DNA of 64,000 nt from Bacilli bacterium. GTDB taxonomy: Bacteria; Bacillota_I; Bacilli_A; RFN20; CAG-826. Positions 8,946-19,100 of this stretch are shown piece after piece. Below the pieces are notes generated by a model. It was not told where the DNA came from. It searched no databases and worked only from the letters and a program-made list of their open reading frames with translations. The position numbers and the translations under genes were made by a program. The stretch lies in assembly GCA_045631885.1 (NCBI GenBank), contig JAZQVN010000039.1, positions 12,608 through 76,607 of the forward strand, in the 5' to 3' direction. Every line of letters begins with the position of its first letter. Position 1 is the stretch's first letter.

Positions 8946-10583
8946 ATGACATTAGGTGAAAAGATTGCTCACTTACGAATAGTGAATGGCATGTCACAAG
9001 AAAAACTGGCGGGCTTATTAAATGTCTCTCGTCAATCAATCTCCAAATGGGAAAGCGATGAATCTCAACCACAAATTGAAAACATCTTAGAAATCGCTCA
9101 ATTATTCCAAATTACTACTGATGAATTATTAAACGATCAAATCGTTATTCATAGAGGTAAGAAATTAATCCCGAGTATCGGAGAAGATATTAAAACTAAA
9201 TATTTCGGCACAGATGGCTTTAGAGGCGAAGCCAATGTCGTCTTGACCGCAGATCATGCTTATAAAATCGGTAGATTCTTAGGTTGGTTCTATGGTAACC
9301 CAGAATATAACTGCCAAAAACCAGGTTATAGACCAAAGGTTGTTATTGGTAAAGATACACGTAGATCATCATATATGCTTGAATACGCGGTGGCTGCTGG
9401 TTTAGCGGCTTCTGGCGCGGATGTCTCATTACTTCACGTTACTACAACCCCATCAGTCTCTTATATCGTGAGACAAGATGCTTTCGACTGTGGTGTCATG
9501 ATTACCGCATCTCATAATCCTTTCTATGATAATGGTATTAAAGTTATCAATGGTGAAGGTGAAAAATTAGAAGATAGCGTCGCAGTTCTTATCGAAGCTT
9601 ATCTCGATGGTGAATTAAAGAAATTAGGTATAGAAGGCGATGACTTACCATTCGCCACAAAAGATAGAATTGGTAGTATCACTGATTACTCTTCAGGTAG
9701 AAATAGATACGTTGCTTATTTAATCTCCTTAGCCAAACATTCAATGAAGGGATTAAGAATTGGCTTAGACTCCGCCAATGGTGCATCCTGGATGATTGCG
9801 AAAAATGTCTTTGATGCCTTAGGCGCACAAACATATGTTATCAATAATAATCCAGACGGCTTAAATATCAATGTCAACGCTGGTAGCACACATATTGATA
9901 TCTTATGTAAATATGTTAAAGAAAATAATTTAGACTTCGGCTTTGCCTTCGATGGTGACTCTGATAGATGTATCGCTGTTGATGAAAACGGTAAAGAAGT
10001 CGATGGTGATAAAATCATGTACTTATTAGCCCTCAAGTTAAAATCAGAAGGCGCATTAGAAAAAGATACATTAGTCACCACAATTATGTCTAACTCAGGA
10101 TTATTCAAAGCGTGTAAACAAGTTGGCATTAAAACAGTTCAAACTAAAGTTGGTGATAGATTCGTTTATGAAAGAATGCAAAACGAAGGTTATTCCATCG
10201 GTGGAGAACAATCCGGTCATATTATCATTAAGAAATACGCCACAACAGGTGACGGCATCTTAACCGCGATTATGGTTACAGAAGAAATCTTAGAAAGAAA
10301 AGAAAAATTATCTAAGTTAGTCGCTCCTGTTAAATTATTACCACAAAAGTTAAAGAATGTCAGAGTAACCAATAAAGCCGCGGTTATGGATGATGAAGTG
10401 GTCAAAGCGAAATTCCAAGAAGTCAACGAAGAAATCGGTGACAATGGTCGTGCCTTATTAAGACAATCTGGCACAGAACCAGTTGTGAGAATTATGCTTG
10501 AATGTCCAACCATCAAAGAATGTGATGACTATATTGAAAGAATTTATAACGTCATCAAGAAGAGAGGTTACGTCTGTGAATAA
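8946..10583 (+). CDS. glmM: Phosphoglucosamine mutase with an N-terminal XRE-type HTH domain (fusion).
   Basis: The RBS AGGAGG sits upstream of ATG at 8946. The HTH is LRIVNGMSQEKLAGLLNVSRQSISKWESD. The phosphohexomutase motifs are TASHNP (phosphoserine loop), FDGDSDR (metal-binding) and GGEQSGH (sugar loop, GlmM-type). Confidence 0.8.
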   Translation: MTLGEKIAHLRIVNGMSQEKLAGLLNVSRQSISKWESDESQPQIENILEIAQLFQITTDELLNDQIVIHRGKKLIPSIGEDIKTKYFGTDGFRGEANVVLTADHAYKIGRFLGWFYGNPEYNCQKPGYRPKVVIGKDTRRSSYMLEYAVAAGLAASGADVSLLHVTTTPSVSYIVRQDAFDCGVMITASHNPFYDNGIKVINGEGEKLEDSVAVLIEAYLDGELKKLGIEGDDLPFATKDRIGSITDYSSGRNRYVAYLISLAKHSMKGLRIGLDSANGASWMIAKNVFDALGAQTYVINNNPDGLNINVNAGSTHIDILCKYVKENNLDFGFAFDGDSDRCIAVDENGKEVDGDKIMYLLALKLKSEGALEKDTLVTTIMSNSGLFKACKQVGIKTVQTKVGDRFVYERMQNEGYSIGGEQSGHIIIKKYATTGDGILTAIMVTEEILERKEKLSKLVAPVKLLPQKLKNVRVTNKAAVMDDEVVKAKFQEVNEEIGDNGRALLRQSGTEPVVRIMLECPTIKECDDYIERIYNVIKKRGYVCE

Positions 10584-11244
10584 GTTAAATATTAAGACCA
10601 AGGAATTATTTGAAGAATGTCCAATTCCATTTCTTAAAGAAGCGTTCGAGAACGCTGAATATCCTTGGCAAATCCTTCCTCAAATTAAAGAAATAATTAA
10701 AAAACAAATCGAATTAGGTGTTCCTGGATATACAGAAATTGAACCAGGTGTCTACGTCGGAGAGAATGTTAAAATCGCTAAAACAGCGACAATCGAAGCT
10801 CCAGTTATCATCGGTAGCGGTACAGAACTTAGACCAGGTGCTTACCTTAGAGGTAATGTCATCATCGGTGAAAACTGTGTCGTTGGTAACTCATCAGAAT
10901 TAAAGAATTCTATTCTCTTATATCATGTGCAAGTGCCACATTATAACTATGTTGGTGACTCCATCTTAGGTAGCCATTCTCATATGGGTGCGGGATCCAT
11001 CTGTTCTAATTTAAAATCAGATGGTAAGAATATCTTCGTCCATGGTGATAGAGAATATGAAACAGGTTTAAGAAAGATTGGCGCGATTTTAGGGGACCAC
11101 GCGGATATCGGATGTGGTAGTGTTCTTAACCCAGGCACAATCATCGGCAAGAACACCCAAGTTTATCCTCTCAGTATGTTAAGAGGATGTTTCCCAGAAA
11201 ACTCCATTGTTAAATCACAAAACAATGTTGTTGATAAAAAATAA
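10576..11244 (+). CDS. Hexapeptide-repeat (left-handed beta-helix) acetyltransferase, GlmU C-terminal-like; possible glucosamine-1-P N-acetyltransferase.
   Basis: There are hexapeptide repeats (VYVGENVKIAKTATIEAPVIIGSGTELRPGAYLRGNVIIGENCVVGN). The likely start is GTG at 10576, overlapping the glmM stop. The track ORF from 10498 is an out-of-frame extension inside glmM. Confidence 0.55.
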   Translation: MNKLNIKTKELFEECPIPFLKEAFENAEYPWQILPQIKEIIKKQIELGVPGYTEIEPGVYVGENVKIAKTATIEAPVIIGSGTELRPGAYLRGNVIIGENCVVGNSSELKNSILLYHVQVPHYNYVGDSILGSHSHMGAGSICSNLKSDGKNIFVHGDREYETGLRKIGAILGDHADIGCGSVLNPGTIIGKNTQVYPLSMLRGCFPENSIVKSQNNVVDKK

Positions 11245-11263
11245 GAAAGAAGGAAAAACAAAT

Positions 11264-11986
11264 ATGAAAGTCGTCGTCGGAAACGAACAAGAAATCAGCA
11301 GATTAATCGCTGAAGAATTTATCAAACAAGTTAACGCTAAACCAAACAGTGTCCTCGGTTTAGCCACAGGTACGTCCCCATTAGGTGTTTACGCTAACTT
11401 AGTCAAAGCGAACAAAGAAGGAAGAGTCTCCTTCAAAGATGTCGCTACATTCAACTTAGATGAATACATCGGTTTAGAAGGTACACACAATCAATCTTAT
11501 CGTTACTTCATGAATGACAATTTATTCAATCATATCGATATCGATAAGAATAGAACACACGTCTTAAAAGGTGTTGGTGATTATGTTGCTTATATGAACC
11601 AATATGATGATGAAATCGCTTCCTTTGGTGGTATCGATTTACAAATCTTAGGTATCGGTAGTGATGGCCACATCGCCTTCAACGAACCAGGCACACCATT
11701 TGATTCTTTAACACATATCGCTGACTTAACAGAAAGCACCATTAGAGATAACTCCCGTTTATTTAATGACATTTCTGAAGTTCCTACTAAAGCAGTTACA
11801 ATGGGCTTAAAGAGCATCATGAACGCGAGAAAAATCGTCTTAATCGCGACAGGCAAAAATAAAGCCAAAGCTATTAAAGATTTATTAACTGGTCCAAAGA
11901 CAGAAGATGTCCCATGCTCCATCCTCCAAGATCACCCAGATTGCACAATCTATGTGGATGAAGATGCATATAGCTTAGTTAAATAA
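11264..11986 (+). CDS. nagB: Glucosamine-6-phosphate deaminase.
   Basis: The motifs MKVVV...GLATGTSP, FNLDEYIGL and GIGSDGHIAFNEPG are present. ATG at 11264 is the likely start. Confidence 0.85.
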   Translation: MKVVVGNEQEISRLIAEEFIKQVNAKPNSVLGLATGTSPLGVYANLVKANKEGRVSFKDVATFNLDEYIGLEGTHNQSYRYFMNDNLFNHIDIDKNRTHVLKGVGDYVAYMNQYDDEIASFGGIDLQILGIGSDGHIAFNEPGTPFDSLTHIADLTESTIRDNSRLFNDISEVPTKAVTMGLKSIMNARKIVLIATGKNKAKAIKDLLTGPKTEDVPCSILQDHPDCTIYVDEDAYSLVK

Positions 11987-12021
11987 GTAAAGTCCTTCCA
12001 ATATAAAAGAGGTCCGAATTA

Positions 12022-12675
12022 TTAACGGATCTCTTTTTCTAACTCTCTCATCGTTATATTTTTAATGTCTTTATTTTCACTTACTCTTCTACACAGTTCT
12101 TCTAACTTATCGTAAGTGTTATTAACTTCAAAATCATAAGCGTGAGAGACAAAGACAAATAGTTTTGCGTTAGGGTCATTAACAAATTCATCAAATCGAT
12201 TAAGTGCATCATTAACATCTAAAGATGTTATTTTGACATGATGTATATCAGGGAATTGATAAGATGTATCGATTTCAGATATACGGATAACTTTGATATT
12301 GTGAAGATGTTTAATAACATCAATACATCTTTCTTCTAAATCATGAAATGGAAAAGCAAATGTATTTATTTCTTGATGGAAGATATTTTCTAAGTTAAGG
12401 ATATCTTGTCCGACTTCATAAACGATATGTTCCCCTGAACACATGGTGAGATGTGGGTGAGTTAATGAATGACTCGCAACTTCATGACCTTTATATAAAT
12501 TGACATTATCTTTTAAAGTTAATCTTTCAATCGGTTTATCATTTAAATACCAAACGAAATCATCTAATCCGGAATTGAGATTAAATGTTCCTTTGATGTG
12601 ATATTTATTGAAAATATCTATGACTTTATTGTCATAGATAGTTCCATCATCAATTGAGAAGATAAAATATTTCAT
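12022..12675 (-). CDS. Polysaccharide deacetylase (NodB homology, CE4 family).
   Basis: The FSIDDG motif with Asp-Asp and the His-His motif HSLTHPHL are present. Confidence 0.75.
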   Translation of the reverse strand: MKYFIFSIDDGTIYDNKVIDIFNKYHIKGTFNLNSGLDDFVWYLNDKPIERLTLKDNVNLYKGHEVASHSLTHPHLTMCSGEHIVYEVGQDILNLENIFHQEINTFAFPFHDLEERCIDVIKHLHNIKVIRISEIDTSYQFPDIHHVKITSLDVNDALNRFDEFVNDPNAKLFVFVSHAYDFEVNNTYDKLEELCRRVSENKDIKNITMRELEKEIR

Positions 12676-13238
12676 TATTTTAATTTAAGTCCAACTTTAA
12701 ATGCGTCAGCGACATCTTCATTATAAGCGACGTATTTTAAACTAATCGTGTCAAAAGCGATTGGTTGAAGTTTCTTTGTATCAATCTTGCCATTTGTTAA
12801 TACTTTTTCATCAACAGAGATGTTAATGATTTCTCCGATTAATGTGCCGCCTTCACCAGGATTACCATCTAATGAGATTAATTTACATTCTAGTGTAAAT
12901 GGGAATTCTTTAAATAAAGGAGCGTTTACCTTCTCTGATTTAATTGGATGTAAACCGGCTTTTTCGAGTTTGTCTGGTTCTTTTTCTTGAGAGACTAAGC
13001 CGACATAGTCACATTGTGTGACTGTATCTTTTGTGCCAACAGAGACGGTAAAAGCACCTGATTTTCTAATATTATCAGTGGTGATATGTCCACCTAGAGA
13101 AATAGTAATTTGACCATAATCATAAATACTTCCCCACGCGGCGTTCATCGCGTTGGCTTTGCCATTTTCATCATAACTACCAATGATTAAAACAGGCATT
13201 GGTAATAACCAAGTTTGTTTTCCAAAATCTTTTCTCAT
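12675..13238 (-). CDS. Flavin reductase-like / flavoredoxin family protein (FMN-binding split barrel).
   Basis: The N-terminus LLPMPVLIIGSYDENGKANAMNAAWGS is typical of the flavin-reductase-like domain. Confidence 0.65.
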   Translation of the reverse strand: MRKDFGKQTWLLPMPVLIIGSYDENGKANAMNAAWGSIYDYGQITISLGGHITTDNIRKSGAFTVSVGTKDTVTQCDYVGLVSQEKEPDKLEKAGLHPIKSEKVNAPLFKEFPFTLECKLISLDGNPGEGGTLIGEIINISVDEKVLTNGKIDTKKLQPIAFDTISLKYVAYNEDVADAFKVGLKLK

Positions 13239-13258
13239 AAGAAAGCTCCTAAATAAAG

Positions 13259-14188
13259 TTATTTATCTTGTTCGTTATTTTGATTAGTTGAAGTTTCTTC
13301 TTCAACTTTTTGCTTTTCTATCTCTTCTTTATCCTTTTTATCTTTGATTTCGTTATAGAAGTTAACGATAACACTGGTGATAACTGCGACAACAATTAAA
13401 CCATAGACACCTAAGATAACGGAAAGGATTCTTGATATTATACCTGTAACTGAGAAGTCACCTAAACCAATCGTAGTGACAATCGCGAATGAATACCATA
13501 AACCATCACCGAATGATGGGATGCCATCTTCCATAATGGCAAAATAGAAAGAACAGGCGACCATTAAGACCACTAAGCCGTATAAAATTTCAAAGGCATA
13601 GGTCTTTTTCATAATTTTGATGATGCCTTTTAATTTCATTCTTGAGAATGCAAATGCAAGAGTGTCAAATAAGGCAAGGATCATGATAACCATGATGCAA
13701 GACGCCATGGCGATAAGTAATAAATCTGGATCGTCAAGAATAAACAAAGGAACGACAGCGAATATTAGTCCTACCGCCGCGAGGAACATATTACAAATCC
13801 AGTTAAAGACTTTGTTTTTAATAATAGCGATGCAAATTCTATTCGCGACAATCGTGAAGAAATAAATTGAACAAATAATACAATATGTAACTGCGTTTTC
13901 TTCTAAAATAAATACGAGTATTGCTAAGGCTAAATAAATTGCCACAAATACTATATTTTTGATTAAAGCTAGTTTGCTGTGGTCCACTTTATGAGCTTTG
14001 ACCGCTAAAGGGATTCTTGATAAGGATAAGAAGAGGAACATAAAACCAAAGGAAATCTTAGTTCCTCCGCCTTCACCAATCGCGCCACTTAAGGAGAATA
14101 AAGCAAAAACTAAAACACCTACGGTGATAGAACTCGAAATGATTGGATAAATAATTCTTCTCATCTCATCGGTAATTCTTAAGCGCAT
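13259..14188 (-). CDS. Ion-channel membrane protein (potassium-channel-like pore, TTIGLGD).
   Basis: It is a multi-TM protein. The pore-loop-like GLWYSFAIVTTIGLGDF is followed by a TM helix. Confidence 0.55.
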   Translation of the reverse strand: MRLRITDEMRRIIYPIISSSITVGVLVFALFSLSGAIGEGGGTKISFGFMFLFLSLSRIPLAVKAHKVDHSKLALIKNIVFVAIYLALAILVFILEENAVTYCIICSIYFFTIVANRICIAIIKNKVFNWICNMFLAAVGLIFAVVPLFILDDPDLLLIAMASCIMVIMILALFDTLAFAFSRMKLKGIIKIMKKTYAFEILYGLVVLMVACSFYFAIMEDGIPSFGDGLWYSFAIVTTIGLGDFSVTGIISRILSVILGVYGLIVVAVITSVIVNFYNEIKDKKDKEEIEKQKVEEETSTNQNNEQDK

Positions 14189-14271
14189 TGTACTTATCTC
14201 CTTATTTCTTATTTAGGATACCATTATTTTATACAAAAATGAAAAAGAATAAACAACCTCTAATAATTTCC

Positions 14272-14286
14272 TTCCTATAATAGGAA
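14272..14286. promoter_or_regulatory. 15-bp palindrome TTCCTATAATAGGAA containing a TATAAT -10-like hexamer, upstream of the HAD lipoprotein gene.
   Basis: It is a perfect inverted repeat centred on TATAAT, 38 nt upstream of ATG at 14324. Confidence 0.35.
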
Positions 14287-14323
14287 AAATTGGTATTATA
14301 TTTGTTGTGGAGGGTGAAAGCCT

Positions 14324-15373
14324 ATGAAAAAGAATATATTCCTATTTGTCACATTGTTATCAACCGCGTTATCAGTCGCTGGTTGTAATTCTAATAACAA
14401 AGCCTATTTCAAATTGTGGAATGAATGTAATGCCTTAACGACATTGAAGAATTATGTTGAAGATGTCACTAACAAGAAATCCCCAAATTACATCCCAGTG
14501 GAAGATCGAATTGCCACATTTGATATGGATGGCACATTCATCGGAGAATTATATCCTACTTACTTTGAATATAATTTATTAGAATACCGCGCTTTAGATG
14601 ATGAAACATACACAACAAAAGACCCTAGTGTTGTGGAAGCTGCGCAAAACATTAGAGACTTTGTTAGAGATGGCGTCAAATTACCAAGTGGATTTGATAT
14701 GATTCACGCGAGAGCGGCAGCGAAAGCCTATGCTGGAATGAGCGTCGCAGAATTTGATAAATACGTTAAAGACTATGCACAAAAAACACCATTTGGTTTT
14801 GAAGGTATGACATATGCTACTAGCTTCTATAAACCAATGTTAGAAGTATTTGATTATCTAAAAGATAATGACTTCACATATTATGTTGTTTCTGGTTCTG
14901 ATAGATTTATCTGCCGTGCGCTTGTAGATTCTTTAGGAATTCCTACGAATAGAGTTATTGGTATGGATGTTGTTCTTAAATCTTCTGAGCAAGGTGATGA
15001 AGACGGCGTTAATTACACGATGGACAGAACCGAACAATTAATTAGAACCGATGAGCTAATTATTAAAAATTTGAAGACCAATAAAGTCAAACAAATCTCT
15101 CAAGAAATTGGTAAAGTTCCTGTCTTATCATTTGGTAACAGTAGTGGTGACTGTGCTATGCACAACTATTGCTTAGGAAATAAACAATATAAAACCGAAG
15201 CTTTCATGCTTGTCGCTGATGATAATGAAAGAGATCACGCTGACTTAGAAGAAGGCGAAAGAAGAAGATCAACATGGGTCGATCCAAAGAATAACTACAC
15301 TGTTATTTCAATGAAAAATGACTTCAAAACTATCTATGGTGACGGAGTTAAAAAAGTCGATTTCCCATTCTAA
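14324..15373 (+). CDS. HAD-superfamily hydrolase lipoprotein (secreted acid-phosphatase-like).
   Basis: The lipobox is LSVAGC-NSN. HAD motif I is FDMDGTF. A GGAGGG RBS precedes the start. Confidence 0.65.
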   Translation: MKKNIFLFVTLLSTALSVAGCNSNNKAYFKLWNECNALTTLKNYVEDVTNKKSPNYIPVEDRIATFDMDGTFIGELYPTYFEYNLLEYRALDDETYTTKDPSVVEAAQNIRDFVRDGVKLPSGFDMIHARAAAKAYAGMSVAEFDKYVKDYAQKTPFGFEGMTYATSFYKPMLEVFDYLKDNDFTYYVVSGSDRFICRALVDSLGIPTNRVIGMDVVLKSSEQGDEDGVNYTMDRTEQLIRTDELIIKNLKTNKVKQISQEIGKVPVLSFGNSSGDCAMHNYCLGNKQYKTEAFMLVADDNERDHADLEEGERRRSTWVDPKNNYTVISMKNDFKTIYGDGVKKVDFPF

Positions 15374-15439
15374 ACAATTTATCCTATATTGATAATAAAA
15401 TTGACCGTCAAAAATAAATAAAGGCGGTCTTTTTTTGTT

Positions 15440-15456
15440 AACATCTTAAAGATGTT
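15440..15456. promoter_or_regulatory. 17-bp perfect palindrome AACATCTTAAAGATGTT immediately upstream of the -35 of the PPTase-NRPS operon.
   Basis: It is an inverted repeat with 8-bp arms around a central A. It is a candidate operator or activator site. Confidence 0.45.
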
Positions 15457-15459
15457 TCC

Positions 15460-15488
15460 TTGAATATAAAGAAAATACATAATACAAT
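15460..15488 (+). promoter_or_regulatory. Candidate promoter TTGAAT-17-TACAAT for the NRPS operon (near-leaderless).
   Basis: The -35 is at 15460-15465 and the -10 at 15483-15488. The predicted TSS is about 15495, only 3 nt before ATG 15498. There is no SD. Confidence 0.4.
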
Positions 15489-15497
15489 TTTTTTATC

Positions 15498-16103
15498 ATG
15501 GATAAAATAAACCTTTATGTAGTGGACACTAGAAAACATACTTTTAGTGAACTTTTGTCGTACACCAAAATTAGTGACGAAGATTTAAAAACTTTAGACA
15601 AATTTCGCGTTTTAGAAGTGAAAAAAGAGAAGTTAGCATCTCTATATTTTAAACGTAAATATGTCGGAGAGTTTTCAATTAATGAAGACGGTAAACCCGT
15701 CTCTAAAAACTTGTTTTTCAATATCTCTCACTCCAAAGGAGTGGTGGTTATCGCTATCTCCAAGGAACACGAAATAGGTGTAGATATTGAAGTGATTAAA
15801 TCTAAAGACGAAGATTTAGTGAAATATGTCAGTAGTGAAGAAGAATATAAATTCATTAAAACCGAATTTGACTTTCTTTCTATTTGGACTAATAAAGAAT
15901 CTTTAGTCAAATGTTTAGGCACAGGCATTAAAAGCGATATTAAAAGTATTCCCGCTTTACCATTAAATGGTAAAAAGGAATTTAAAGGTGAAACATATTT
16001 TAGCAAGATAACTAAAGTTAATGATTCGATCATATCAATCACTATTAAAGATAAAAATGATTTTGACTTCGATTTAGTAATGGAGGAAGTTCATTATGAT
16101 TAA
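15498..16103 (+). CDS. 4'-phosphopantetheinyl transferase (Sfp-type).
   Basis: The motifs ISHSKG...GVDIE and FSIWTNKESLVKCLGTG (W/FxxKEA/SxxK) are present. It overlaps the NRPS start by 8 nt. Confidence 0.85.
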   Translation: MDKINLYVVDTRKHTFSELLSYTKISDEDLKTLDKFRVLEVKKEKLASLYFKRKYVGEFSINEDGKPVSKNLFFNISHSKGVVVIAISKEHEIGVDIEVIKSKDEDLVKYVSSEEEYKFIKTEFDFLSIWTNKESLVKCLGTGIKSDIKSIPALPLNGKKEFKGETYFSKITKVNDSIISITIKDKNDFDFDLVMEEVHYD

Positions 16104-19100
16104 AAAATCACCATTAAGTAAAAGTGAAGAAGGATTATATGTCTCTTCGTTAAATGGCGGAGATGCGTATAATCTCGCTAACACGATTAATCTTGGGAAA
16201 GACTTTACTGTCGAGCAAGTTCAAGAGGCTTTAAATAAAGTTGCTCTTGCTCATCCTTATTTGTTCACCATCTTAGGAGTGGACGAAGAAGGCAACATCT
16301 ATAAAGAACTAAAAGTCCAAGATATCAAACTCGAAGTTAAAGAAGTCAAAGAGCTTAAAATTGAATCACTTCCATATGAATTAACTAACTCTCCTTTATA
16401 TAGATTTAATCTATATAAACTAGATGGAAACTTGATTTTCTATTTTGATTTCCATCACTTGATTATGGATGGAACATCTTTAAAGATTTTTATTGATGAT
16501 TTCTTCCTCGCTTTAGAAGGTAAAGAGCTAGTTAAAGAAAGTAGTGATGCTTTCGATTTTGCGAATAAAGAAATTGAAATTAGAAATAGCGATGTCTATC
16601 AACAAGACAAAGCTTATTACGATAATCTTCTTTCTGGTGTAGAGACTGACTCCACACTCGTGGAAGATAAAGTTGAAGAAGCGGTTAGCTATGATAACAT
16701 CAGAGTCCCTTTAAAGATTAAAAATGACGAGGTGAAAAAACTCACCTCTAAAGAAGGAGTTAAAACTTCAACATTCTTCCTTGCAGCTTTTTCCTATTTA
16801 TTAACCAAGATAAATATGGAAAATGAAGCATTGTTCCTCACTGTTAATAACGGAAGAAATAAAGATGTCCTTCATTCTTTTGGTAGCTATGTTAAAACAT
16901 ATCCTTTATATATTTCATATCAAGATGATGAATCTGTTAGTGATTTATTAAAGAGAGTTAACGAACAAAACATTAATAATGTTTCCCATAATTCTTATTC
17001 ATTTATGGAATTATCCAAAGATTTAGGAATCGCTCCTAATATCTTATTTGCCTATCAAGGTGATTATTTCTATAAAGGAATGCTTAACGGTAAAGAAGTT
17101 ATTGTTAATCCATTATTAAGAAAAGATGGCAAAGAAAAACTCAGCATCGAATTACATAGATGTAATAATGATTTCATTATTTGGGTTGAATACCGTAGTG
17201 ATTTGTATAACAAAGAAACAATGGAACATCTTATTAAGATGTATGATTTAGCGTTAAAAGAATTACTAACTAAAGAAAAGATTATCGATATCTCCCTAGT
17301 GGATGATGAAGAAGAGAGATTATTAGAATCCTTCAATATAATTGATGCGCCTTATATTGAACCAAATAAGACAATCTTAGATGACTTTAATGAAGCGGTG
17401 AAGGAATTCCCAGATCACACCGCGGTGGTATTTAAAGATCGTCGTTACACATATAAAGAAGTCGATGTTATCACAAATAGAATTGCTAACCAATTAATTA
17501 AAATGGGGGCTCAAAAAGAAAAAGTCGTTTCTATTTTAATCAATAAATCTGAATATATTGTTCTAGCATCTCTTGCAGTTATTAAATCTGGCGCGGCCTA
17601 TCAACCGTTAGATCCATCTTATCCACAAGAAAGATTGAACTTCATGGTCAACGACTCCAAAGCCATCATCTTAATTAGAGATGATAATTTAGAAGGTCTA
17701 ATTACTGAATTTAAAGGACAAGAATTATTAGTCTCATCATTATTATCATTTAAAGATGATAGTGAGATTAAATCTAAACCAGCAAAAGATGATTTATTCA
17801 TCATGCTTTATACTTCTGGTTCTACTGGGATTCCGAAAGGTGTCCAATTAGAACACGGTAACATCTTTGCCTTTGTGAGATATTATCGCCAAGAATTTAA
17901 GATTAATGAGAATAGCAGAATCACCGCTTACGCGTCATATGGTTTTGATGCGGATATGATGGACTTATATCCTACTATTACAAGTGGTGCAACTTTATAT
18001 ATCATCCCTGATGAAATGAGATTAAATCTCGTTGAGTTAGGTGAATACTTTAATGAAAACGGTATCACTCAAGCATTTATTACCACCCAAGTTGGTCGAC
18101 AATTCGCCAGTGAAATCGAAATTAAAACTTTAAAACATTTCCTTGTCGGAGGAGAAAAACTCGTTCCAATGAATCCTCCAAAAGGATATAACTTCTATAA
18201 CGTTTATGGTCCAACCGAAGGTACGGTTTACTGCACCCAACAAATCGTTGATAAGCTCTATAATAGAGTCCCGATTGGTAAATCTTTAAGTGACTATAAA
18301 GTTTATGTTTTAGATAAAAACAAGAAGAGATTACCAGTCTTAGTAAGTGGCGAACTTTATATCTCTGGACCTCAAGTTGCGAGAGGCTATTTAAATAGAG
18401 AAAAAGAGAATACGGAAGCCTTCCTTAAAAACTGGTTCACAGATGAAAAAGACTATCAAAGGCTCTATAAAACTGGCGATATTGTAAGATTTTTACCTGA
18501 TGGCACAATTGACTTTATCGGTAGAAAAGATGGCCAAGTTAAGATTAGAGGATTCCGTGTCGAATTATCCGAAGTCGAAAGAATTATTCGTGAATTTAAA
18601 GATATTAAAGACGCGACAGTCAAAGACTTTACTGACCCAAGCGGAGTCAAATATATATGCGCTTATATCGTGAGTGATAAGAAGATTAATGTCGATGAAT
18701 TAAACGAGTTTATCTTATCCAAAAAACCTCCATATATGGTTCCGGCATACACAATGCAAATCGATAAGATTCCTCTTAACCAAAACCAAAAAGTGAATAA
18801 GAGAGCTTTACCAGAACCAGAACTCAAAGTGGAAGAAAAGATCGCTCCAAGAAATGAAACTGAGCAAGCCATTTTTGATATTGTTAAAGATGTCGTTGGA
18901 CACGATCAATTCGGTGTCACCAATGATTTATTTGAAATTGGTTTAACCTCAGTTTCCTCAATCAGATTAACGATTCTTCTTTCTAAGAAGTTTGATAAAA
19001 CCGTCGAAAACGCGGATTTAAAAGATAACTCCACGGTTGAGGGTTTAGCCAAATTTTTAGTTAATAAAGAAGAAGATAAGACTTATGAAATCTTAAAAGA

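Noticed and set aside
10498-10575. The track start at 10498 for the hexapeptide acetyltransferase ORF (MNVQPSK...).
   Set aside because: That segment overlaps the glmM 3' end in another frame. GTG at 10576 gives a start overlapping the glmM stop, which is typical translational coupling.
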